This document shows, piece by piece, positions 8,101 through 14,352 of a stretch of 28,520 nucleotides of DNA (positions are counted from its first letter, which is position 1; every line of letters begins with the position of its first letter). The DNA comes from a virus (lineage: Duplodnaviria > Caudoviricetes), in the IMG/VR virus record IMGVR_UViG_3300024228_000018, positions 1-28,520 of that record; one strand, 5' to 3'. A program made the translations under genes and the position numbers. Below the pieces are notes generated by a model. That model made no database searches and was not told the origin of the DNA. It was given only the letters and a program-made list of their open reading frames with translations.

Positions 8101-9601
8101 CCATAGCTGAAGCGTATTGGCTTTCGCTAATTTCGTTACTTCTAAATTGCTTATTAAGCTCCGTTGTTTTAAACGCAGCAGCATCCGCTAAGTCAGTTAA
8201 GCTTTCAATTTTACTGATCTGCTTATCATCTAAGCTATTGTATATATCATTGCCTTTTCTAACTGAGTCCGCAATTTCAGATTCTTTTTCATTAATCTGT
8301 GCCTGAATACCTTCTTTAACTAATTTATTATCGGTAGTATTAAACTTTTTTCTAAGTAAGGATAATTCATTTATATTTTTATCTATTTTATCGCCGTCAA
8401 CTACTGTTCTTATAGTGTTCATGGATTTTGCAGAATAACTACCTGCAACCATTCCTCCACCACCAATAAATCCTTGAAGTCCCGCTTCTAAACCTTCTTG
8501 GCTAGTAACAGCATCTATAACTGTTTTAAACACTTCTGCTTCGTTGTCTGTGCCAGCGACCCTACCGTATTCTACGTTAACCTTGTCGGCGGCATGCTGT
8601 AATATTTCTGTAGTAAACTCAGTAGCTCCTGTTGAAAACATCCTCATGGTGTTTCTAGCTCCTTTATTATATATTAGTTTTTGAGCAAGATATTTGCTAC
8701 CCATACCAATTAATCCCGAGGATCCTGTTCCTTTTACGGCTCCTTTAGCTCCTTTGGCAACCGCTCCTAACCCAATAAACTCTAATCCGGTAGAAATAAC
8801 CCCCATGCCTACGGGTATTGCATTGTCTGCTTCTCCTGATTGTACGAGTTCATCAAAGCTAACGCCTAGGTTTTCAGCTTTTAACTTATTGTACTCTACA
8901 AAGTTTTCAGCTGTATAATCCATAAAAAACCCAGTACCTAACGTACCTGCTCCGTAAATAACACTACCTATCATAGAGGTTAAAGCATTCACTCCTCCCG
9001 CAAGAGCGCCGCTTACATCTCCTTTTTTTACGCTTTCAATTATGCCAAGGGTGTCTTTGCTTTCAAGTTGTTCTTTCTTATATTTCTCAATAGATTCTAA
9101 AGTGTTTTTAGTTCCAAGACCTTGAGCCGCCCAAGAATCTTTACCCTGCTTTTTAACATATTCATCTACTTTGTCTTGCCCGAATATTCCAGCGTATACA
9201 GTATTAGTAGCTATGTCTAAAGATGCTCTTGCACCCCCACCTTCTTCTTCGTTTGTATCAAACCAAAATTCAAAGACATCCCCAACCTGTTCACCTACAT
9301 TGGAGAAAGAATTTTTAATTGATTGCCAAGCCGATAAAGGTTTTTCCGATTGTGATCCCGTAGCGTTTTGGCTTGACTCCACAGCTGGATCCGCACTTGC
9401 AGAGTCGTTTGTCTTTACTGGTTCTGCTGTATTAAAAAACTGAGAAGTAAAATCGTTCATAGACTTAGTGTAACTTCCTGATTCTTTTAAAGCACCGTAT
9501 AGTTTTTCTTGACCTTCTAGGCTTCCAAATTGTGATTGAAAGTCCGAAAAAGATTTAGTGTATTGCCCGCTAGCCTGTAGCGCCTCGAATAGTTTTTCCA
9601 T
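2198..9601 (-). CDS. 2467-aa large internal virion/ejection protein, polyvalent (zincin, sigma70-r2-like and HAD phosphatase modules)
   Basis: Last and largest of three genes after the tail module. Gly/Ala-rich hydrophobic helices at about aa 200-390, HEVLH at aa 599-603, sigma-r2-like segment at aa 851-924, DFDDT/LTAR/K/FADD HAD motifs from aa 1631, and five [QE]FSK[TN] linkers. Confidence 0.85.
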   Translation of the reverse strand: MEKLFEALQASGQYTKSFSDFQSQFGSLEGQEKLYGALKESGSYTKSMNDFTSQFFNTAEPVKTNDSASADPAVESSQNATGSQSEKPLSAWQSIKNSFSNVGEQVGDVFEFWFDTNEEEGGGARASLDIATNTVYAGIFGQDKVDEYVKKQGKDSWAAQGLGTKNTLESIEKYKKEQLESKDTLGIIESVKKGDVSGALAGGVNALTSMIGSVIYGAGTLGTGFFMDYTAENFVEYNKLKAENLGVSFDELVQSGEADNAIPVGMGVISTGLEFIGLGAVAKGAKGAVKGTGSSGLIGMGSKYLAQKLIYNKGARNTMRMFSTGATEFTTEILQHAADKVNVEYGRVAGTDNEAEVFKTVIDAVTSQEGLEAGLQGFIGGGGMVAGSYSAKSMNTIRTVVDGDKIDKNINELSLLRKKFNTTDNKLVKEGIQAQINEKESEIADSVRKGNDIYNSLDDKQISKIESLTDLADAAAFKTTELNKQFRSNEISESQYASAMEGFKSEYDGARQQLIDMNLEQNIASAKTIAKEKGLEMDVFTTAEVESLMNSDKVSEETRKTYFDNKDKGFDVSAFAIGNKIVIDKDIARKTGSINAGMHEVLHPVLNKLIGGVKEQGKMVRQFRKSMTSSQRNFVDAKMKERGYTGKAYNTEYVNVFSDALRKKQINYDKTTFEKIGDAVVGVFKPVGYTNIGFESGKDVYNFIKEFDQSAEQGKLTSKAAAALKDVDLSDAGLQDGIEFSKTVEEAELDYENAQNADPNDPRFEANLEAAEAALDAAEEAAANPQAVVKTPPKPKAKPKVKKERPDKPTRTTDLGPRDPLSQKIMDQYNVGMYGIERKEYTASKPLPAPVERKLVPMFEGYINTIVQQKFKQFAPEALEFQDALAILRAEVIAAIRTYNPAKNKDLAGYVKKIVQTRQSLMFKEANTEFTSNLDDAKGVVATKDTQSIDRSGNVERGQRTFNELDIVDQDLIDDIKSDLEKEIRVRVQKGTLSETISVKKGRDTYIVSWLENYVNKQLFKKLMKKTGAITGVYPNAVIPGAYIDFLNDPNTFDIVTKALPIKSIKKSYGKLFPTEKVGRELTAEGNPVFRIKPIDKKTFLTYFVKGKKSAVLERQKQLFREILEPLAKQIVADYATAENLGQLKSIQELAPDTSLDVQAGIIIESQLNDLQSQLDRYKGEKTGFDIIQFSKTVTVEQKQNISKALNPLLEKPSNNDFKTKVVEDIIKGLDKVKDFKGLAELVWNAGNDTLNKNSVRTYRAELLKLLANKLNYTDTVKFLISAINEHQKVYKYQQKVIGFDYSLTNFKSSFNNVKGTKAKAEVAELFLRYISRSIRTLKLDGITRNEQVYDKILKPVLGDPEKYGFTKEVDTEKNRSYILKDGVRLQGLADVTNIKADFINNVKTINEEATEVREWLLNEAQKAIYNKNGDSFVGFLSLISADQRGVIRKMNSAGFAMEGLSVKDSILEHETEAVEVFKAWKDFVDGKIERPELINFLEGAKVNLVSREFDALLRKVQKEKGWRGKERYTDQRVKDFLETKKIIQFSKTKYNWDPFDMADVVTMSLFGKTKAFKNKQGFQRTYKYLTPAQQAEVRAEMKKHKLLQFSKTLNKAKAMVNRPDATQKGISVWDFDDTLATTKSNVLYTLPDGTKGKINATEFALQADQLTAKGASFDFSEFSKVMQGAKGPMFDKAMARNKKFGNSNVYILTARPANSKYAIHEFLKGIGLDIKLENIVGLGDGTALAKAQWVIDKVAEGYNDFYFADDAYKNVKAVQGVLEEADVKSKVHQAKVQFSKNINKDFNKIIEDVTGIGANTKIFEAASKVIGKTKDKFKFFVPYSAEDFVGLLYPLMGEGKKGDAHAAWFKKALLDPYAKGYRDFESYKENATGIVKELIKSFKDVPSGLEKTNSTGFTNEMALRVILWAKNGHAIPGLSKQERSDLIKVVQGNPELLRFAKQIQATLGGYPEPTSNWYSGTITTDAIGMINTTKRAEFLEAWQQNADVVFSKDNMNKLRLQFGENYTEALEDILYRMKTGRNRPIGANKLTNNFMNWVNDSVGTIMFFNTRSALLQTLSIVNFVNWGDNNPIAAAEAFADQDQFWKDFSMLFNSDFLKQRRSGLKNDVNADDIARAAETATNKYKAALSAILKAGFLPTQIADSFAIAMGGASFIRNRINKYKEDGMSEASAKEKAFLDFQEIAEETQQSSRPDRVSQQQASPLGRIILAFANTPMQYMRLTKKAVLDLKNGRGDYKTNITKIIYYTTVQNMIFSSLQSAMFAALFEDDDEEMIEDKQLRAANSMLDSLLRGTGVYGAIASTIKNILFEINKQSNKDRPDYTQAGLRMLSISPPVDSKIRKVLSTGRAFSYKTTREKMKGFGLDNPAYYAVGQSISAFTNIPVDRVVRKLDNLRVVFSDDTKYWQKVALLLGYSQWDLGLVQKKESKSKFGGTTKWKKRGTSGSKWKKRN

Positions 9602-9605
9602 TTAA

Positions 9606-10961
9606 TTAAAGATTATCTAATGATCCAGAATTTGTATTGTTCCCAGACGGGTAATTATTTATAAAGTGGTTTTCTGCTTTACCACCAAAATCTGAGTTTT
9701 GTATATAAAACCTATAAATAGATTGAGGGTCGTTTACATCTACAGATATACCTCTAGAATAAGAGGGGTTGCTGTAATTGTACCTAAACAGTTCAGAGTT
9801 ACCATACATGTCTGCAAACTCTTTACGGGCCTCTTCACTGTCCTTAATCTCCTGCCCAGTTATAAACTCTTGGTAAAATTCAGCTCTACTTTTGTATTTT
9901 ATATTTTTATCAGTGGGATCCATAGAGTTGGCTGTTCTAGCTATAGCTGTCGCATCGCCAGAAGTCGTTTGAGATAACTGCAAAGCTTCTTGTGCTCTAG
10001 GCCCTCCTAGATTAATTTCGTCGCGTACTGCTCCGCTGTATCCGCCACCACCTCTTCTGCTGGCTGGTCTTTTATCATTTGCCCCTTGTATAGAGGATTC
10101 TGTAAAAGCGTTCATGTAACTATTAAGAACAGCATCTTTTAGTAAAGCTTCATTCTCTGGTTCAAACAAAGACGGGTCTTCTAAATTCAATCCACCTTGA
10201 ACAACAAAGTCATCTGATGCCAACGATAATAAACTATTTCTACCACCTTTATCTATAAGTTGACTAACCTGCTGGCGTACCATGTTTTTTCTAGCACCTT
10301 GTAAAACTTTTCCTGAATTATATACGTTTTCGTTTATCTTCATTATACTGTCAGCAGCCCCAAAGTCTTTTAAGAACGGTTTCTTTGTTTGTCTATAAGA
10401 TTTAAACTCTCCGTTTTCTTCGTTCCAAAAGTTTATACCACCACCTTGACCAATGCTCATTGTGCTTTCGCCCGTGTATATACCTGAAGCATCGCTTAAC
10501 GTTCCTATCTTGTTGCCTTCAGACAATGTACCATTATCAAAATCTTTAACATAATTTAGCTTGTCTTCTTTAAAAGCATTTAGCTCTGACGCTAGGTTGG
10601 TAAAGTTAGATTTAATACTATTCAACTGGCTAACTCCTTCCATGTACATAGGGTTATCCGCATCAAGTTTGGCTACTCTCATAGCCGTATCCGCATATAT
10701 TCTTTTTTGTTCTACTAAGTAATTTTTTACTGAGCTTTGCTGAGTAGGAGTTAATTGAGTAACATCAAACTCTGAATTTAAAGTGTCTATGTAGTTTGCA
10801 ACCTTGTTATTTATTTGAGCTTTTTTTGCTTGCCTTACAGCCCTGCTTTGAGCCCCTGCTGCTAAACTGTTGTTTAACCCCTCTTGAAAAGCTTGTCCCC
10901 AGGTTGATTGTTTACTTGCTCCTACAAGAGCAGCTCCATCAATTAATGATTTATTTGCCAT
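9606..10961 (-). CDS. 451-aa probable internal virion/ejection protein
   Basis: Long ORF between the 209-aa and 2467-aa genes. Helical, Cys-free, with an Ala/Gly/Gln-rich N-terminus. Function inferred from position only. Confidence 0.6.
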   Translation of the reverse strand: MANKSLIDGAALVGASKQSTWGQAFQEGLNNSLAAGAQSRAVRQAKKAQINNKVANYIDTLNSEFDVTQLTPTQQSSVKNYLVEQKRIYADTAMRVAKLDADNPMYMEGVSQLNSIKSNFTNLASELNAFKEDKLNYVKDFDNGTLSEGNKIGTLSDASGIYTGESTMSIGQGGGINFWNEENGEFKSYRQTKKPFLKDFGAADSIMKINENVYNSGKVLQGARKNMVRQQVSQLIDKGGRNSLLSLASDDFVVQGGLNLEDPSLFEPENEALLKDAVLNSYMNAFTESSIQGANDKRPASRRGGGGYSGAVRDEINLGGPRAQEALQLSQTTSGDATAIARTANSMDPTDKNIKYKSRAEFYQEFITGQEIKDSEEARKEFADMYGNSELFRYNYSNPSYSRGISVDVNDPQSIYRFYIQNSDFGGKAENHFINNYPSGNNTNSGSLDNL

Positions 10962-10974
10962 AATTTATATTTTA

Positions 10975-11604
10975 TTAGGAATTCAAGATATCCCCTAAAG
11001 GAGTACCTTGCATACTTGGCATACCACCAATTATTCCCGCAGCGCCTCCTACCACACCGCCTATTCCGCCTACTATTGCGTTTGTTGCGTCTTGCCTAGC
11101 CTTGTTTGCCGCGCCTAGTCTTTGCTGAGACATGCCCAATAATGTAGATTGTTTTTCATTTTCTGCATCTCTTGATATTAATTCTCCTTTCTTTTCGTAT
11201 AACTGTAAGTTAGCTGCTTGTTGTCGCTCAGCCATTTGATTAGATTGCTCTTGCCTCCCTATATCCATAGAAGCTTGTCTTACTTGCTGACTTTGTTGTC
11301 CAGCTAAGGACTGAGCTAATGCAGCAATACCAGAACCACCCGCGGCCCCTTGAAGATTACCCATTATGTTAACTAGTCCTTGATTAGCTTGTTCTGCTTG
11401 AAATTGAGCCTGTTCTTGATTCACGGTTAGATCTTCCATCGTGTTTTGCATATTTGTATATACATTTGAAGTGTCTTGCATTTCAAATTTAGCTTTGTTT
11501 CTATTAAACTCAGCTTGGGCTGCTCTTTGTTCTTCTTTTCTTTTTTTAGAACCGATGATACCACTGGCTATACCAGTTAATCCTCCTACTATTTGTCCTA
11601 CCAT
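10975..11604 (-). CDS. 209-aa probable ejection/DNA pilot-like protein
   Basis: Gly-rich hydrophobic ends (MVGQIVGGLTGIASGIIG; AIVGGIGGVVGGAAGIIGG) around a Gln/Ala coiled-coil core. This matches the architecture of the smallest podovirus ejection proteins (T7 gp14/P22 gp7 type) by analogy. Confidence 0.7.
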   Translation of the reverse strand: MVGQIVGGLTGIASGIIGSKKRKEEQRAAQAEFNRNKAKFEMQDTSNVYTNMQNTMEDLTVNQEQAQFQAEQANQGLVNIMGNLQGAAGGSGIAALAQSLAGQQSQQVRQASMDIGRQEQSNQMAERQQAANLQLYEKKGELISRDAENEKQSTLLGMSQQRLGAANKARQDATNAIVGGIGGVVGGAAGIIGGMPSMQGTPLGDILNS

Positions 11605-11637
11605 TATATTAAGTTTTTATAGTTTTATTATTACGTA

Positions 11638-11982
11638 TTATTTGCTACTCTCAAATACCTCACTAGCAACAGCAAATAACTCAGCATACTCTGTAGATTT
11701 ATTTATAAATTGTGTTTCCGCAAAATACCCTTTTAAAGAACTAACTTCTACTATGGGGTTTTTTACGTAGAATATAAAGTCACCCGAAGAAGGTGGAGCT
11801 ACACCTGGAGGTGCCGAAACCAAAACATAAGTTAAATCACCGTTTGGATCTATGGTTATTGATACTATAGGCCCAACTTGTATTTCGGAGCCGCTTGCGC
11901 CGTCTACATACCATATTATGTCCTGTACTTGCATTCCGTTGGGTACAGAGCTTGTGCTAAATGTAATATTTATATCAATCAT
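11638..11982 (-). CDS. 114-aa tail-associated structural protein
   Basis: Beta-rich ORF ending FIFYVKNPIVEVSSLKGYFAETQFINKSTEYAELFAVASEVFESSK. Last gene of the tightly coupled tail cluster. Confidence 0.7.
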   Translation of the reverse strand: MIDINITFSTSSVPNGMQVQDIIWYVDGASGSEIQVGPIVSITIDPNGDLTYVLVSAPPGVAPPSSGDFIFYVKNPIVEVSSLKGYFAETQFINKSTEYAELFAVASEVFESSK

Positions 11983-11984
11983 AT

Positions 11985-12344
11985 TTAAGGGTTTTGATTA
12001 GAGTCAATACATTGATTGCATTGAGACCACGGCCCGCCTTGTATGTCAATATACAAACCAGGTTCCTCATCTACATTTATGTCGATTATTTCCGCGCAGA
12101 GTCTAGGGCTGGTAGCACCGGCTGTTACCCAAACAACTTGACCTATAGAGTAAGTGTTAGAATTTATTACTTGGTTGCTTCCAAAAAAAGCATCGGATTG
12201 TGAAACATAAAATTGACCTGCGTTGTTGCACATGTCCACTTTGTATGAAAAAAACGCTGGTGGGTTTGTGCCGCATTGAGGGCAAGCTGTCTCACCTCCT
12301 AAACCAATAGAGGTTTGCTGTCTATATGTGTTGTTTTGTGCCAT
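11985..12344 (-). CDS. 119-aa Cys-rich tail-associated protein
   Basis: CPQC near the N-terminus, then C...C...CNQC. ATG with leader CTTAATATA. Gaps of 4 and 2 nt to its neighbours. Confidence 0.7.
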   Translation of the reverse strand: MAQNNTYRQQTSIGLGGETACPQCGTNPPAFFSYKVDMCNNAGQFYVSQSDAFFGSNQVINSNTYSIGQVVWVTAGATSPRLCAEIIDINVDEEPGLYIDIQGGPWSQCNQCIDSNQNP

Positions 12345-12348
12345 TATA

Positions 12349-14352
12349 TTAAGGTATTATGTTAAAGCAGGTATTGTCGCTATAGAATCCGTTTGGAGCA
12401 GCGGTAGTTAAAGATGCATCTTGGTATAATCCTGAATTATTTAAAAAAGTTTCTCCCTGTGCAACCCATACTTGAACCGTTGTAGCATTGCCACAGCAAA
12501 GATCATCAGCTGATTTAGCGGCGTAACACAAGAATAAAGATTGTGAGCAACCTGGACAATTAATCGCAGGAGTAAGGAACAATCCTGTTTGTCCATCGTA
12601 ATTTCTGTAAATGCTACCATCGGAATATGTTCCGCTAAGTGTTGCTGGCGGATTACCTGGTACATTCAAATACATCTCTGTTGCTGTAGATAAAGAGGTG
12701 GTGTTTAAATAGACGATAGTCGTGGTTTGACCACAACATGCATCCGTTACACTAAATTTAGAATTGTAATTTAAAATAAATGGCCCAAACAACGCAGGCA
12801 CCACTGTAACTATATCATCTAAGTCAAAAGTAAACGTAGCATCAGCATCTCCAGATCTATTTAAAATAAAGTTATAATGTAGAGAAATACTGGTTGGACT
12901 TATCTGTGTCATTGTAATCGCAGTGGGCCCATTGCTTACGTTACCACTTGTTCTAAAAAACGAAACTGTACCCCCATCAGCTGTGGTAGTCAGCGGAGGT
13001 GTTATACCTACACTTAAATTAGGAAGACTGCCGGTTATCGATGTTACAGTATAATTAAATGGAGCTTGATTGGTACTATTGCTTAATGGATCATAAGCTG
13101 AAAAATTAAATCTGTCTCCAACCTGCAGGTTACCATAATTTTCTGATAATGTAATAAAATTTAAAACAGAAGCGTTTGTAGCGGGTCCGTCAAATGAGCC
13201 GTTTACGGCTATTTCTTCTCTAAATTTACCCAATGCAAAAGGGGTAATCGATATGTTTTCTGAAGGAGCAATGTCAATAGTAGCGTCTATGTTTGTAGCA
13301 AACACAGGAGGATTAGTAATTTGAAATGCAGGCACGGAGAATGTTTGCAATGAGTTATAAGATATATTTGGATTTGTAGAAGCTCCAGTAACTGTTAATT
13401 CAATGTCTGCGTATTGTCTTACGATAATTGGTAAAGGTTGGGAAAATGGACTTGCTAAATCTCCTGTTAATAAAATCTCCCACTCTGTATATCCGCTCCC
13501 TGACCAAACTGGAAATTCTATAATATAAGTTCTTTGGCCGCTACTAACCATAGAGTCGTTTTGAGCTATATTTATAGTATCAATACCATTAGACATTGAG
13601 ATGCTATACACAGCTCCCTCTTGGCCAAAAACAGTAAAAGCTTTATTTTCACCAGTAGCCTGCACAAAATTAGGTAATTCAGAGTAACTTGATATTACTA
13701 TAGGTTGAACTAGAGGTAATAATTTTGATCGCAAAGTAAAGTCTATAACATCATCTGAATAGCTTTGAGCGGTAAACAAATACTTAACCACATAGGTAAT
13801 ACTAGTCATTAATCCCTGTGAGTTAAATTGAGGATTTTCTTCAAAAGAATAATTAGCAGCGTTACCTTGCGTTAAAGCAACATCTGCTCCTATTATATAA
13901 AAATTAGAACTAGCCGTAAATGTTTTAGAAAATAAAGTAACCAAGTCCCCAACTTCACCAGAAGCGCTATAAGGCACGTTAGACTCGCTAGAAGGGGTTA
14001 TTTGAGGTTCTACATCGGTGTTATATATTCCATTAATACCCGAATCAATCTGGCATGCTCTTCCGCTGATACATATACCTAAATATAAATTGCCAGCAGG
14101 CATGACAGCAGAAGGAACTAAGTTAATAATGACTAATACGTTAGCTCCTGCTTGGGTAAAAACAACACTGGATACATAAGTTGCATTAGGTGGCGTTGCT
14201 AAACTAAAACTAGTCGCATCTACGGTGTAACCTGTATCTGGTACAATTAATAGTTCCATGTAGGCTTGCCCTATTGCCTCCGTAATAACAGAGTTCTCTG
14301 GTATTATATACTCTACCGATGTTATTGTGTAATTGTTATTGGGTGTTAGCAT
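12349..14352 (-). CDS. 667-aa beta-rich tail fibre/appendage-like protein with C-terminal Cys-rich repeats
   Basis: Thr/Ser/Asn/Val/Pro-rich and Lys/Arg-poor, consistent with beta-sandwich domains. Has DACC...CPGC and DLCC... repeats. Its start overlaps the stop of the 1843-aa gene (ATGCTAA). Confidence 0.7.
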   Translation of the reverse strand: MLTPNNNYTITSVEYIIPENSVITEAIGQAYMELLIVPDTGYTVDATSFSLATPPNATYVSSVVFTQAGANVLVIINLVPSAVMPAGNLYLGICISGRACQIDSGINGIYNTDVEPQITPSSESNVPYSASGEVGDLVTLFSKTFTASSNFYIIGADVALTQGNAANYSFEENPQFNSQGLMTSITYVVKYLFTAQSYSDDVIDFTLRSKLLPLVQPIVISSYSELPNFVQATGENKAFTVFGQEGAVYSISMSNGIDTINIAQNDSMVSSGQRTYIIEFPVWSGSGYTEWEILLTGDLASPFSQPLPIIVRQYADIELTVTGASTNPNISYNSLQTFSVPAFQITNPPVFATNIDATIDIAPSENISITPFALGKFREEIAVNGSFDGPATNASVLNFITLSENYGNLQVGDRFNFSAYDPLSNSTNQAPFNYTVTSITGSLPNLSVGITPPLTTTADGGTVSFFRTSGNVSNGPTAITMTQISPTSISLHYNFILNRSGDADATFTFDLDDIVTVVPALFGPFILNYNSKFSVTDACCGQTTTIVYLNTTSLSTATEMYLNVPGNPPATLSGTYSDGSIYRNYDGQTGLFLTPAINCPGCSQSLFLCYAAKSADDLCCGNATTVQVWVAQGETFLNNSGLYQDASLTTAAPNGFYSDNTCFNIIP

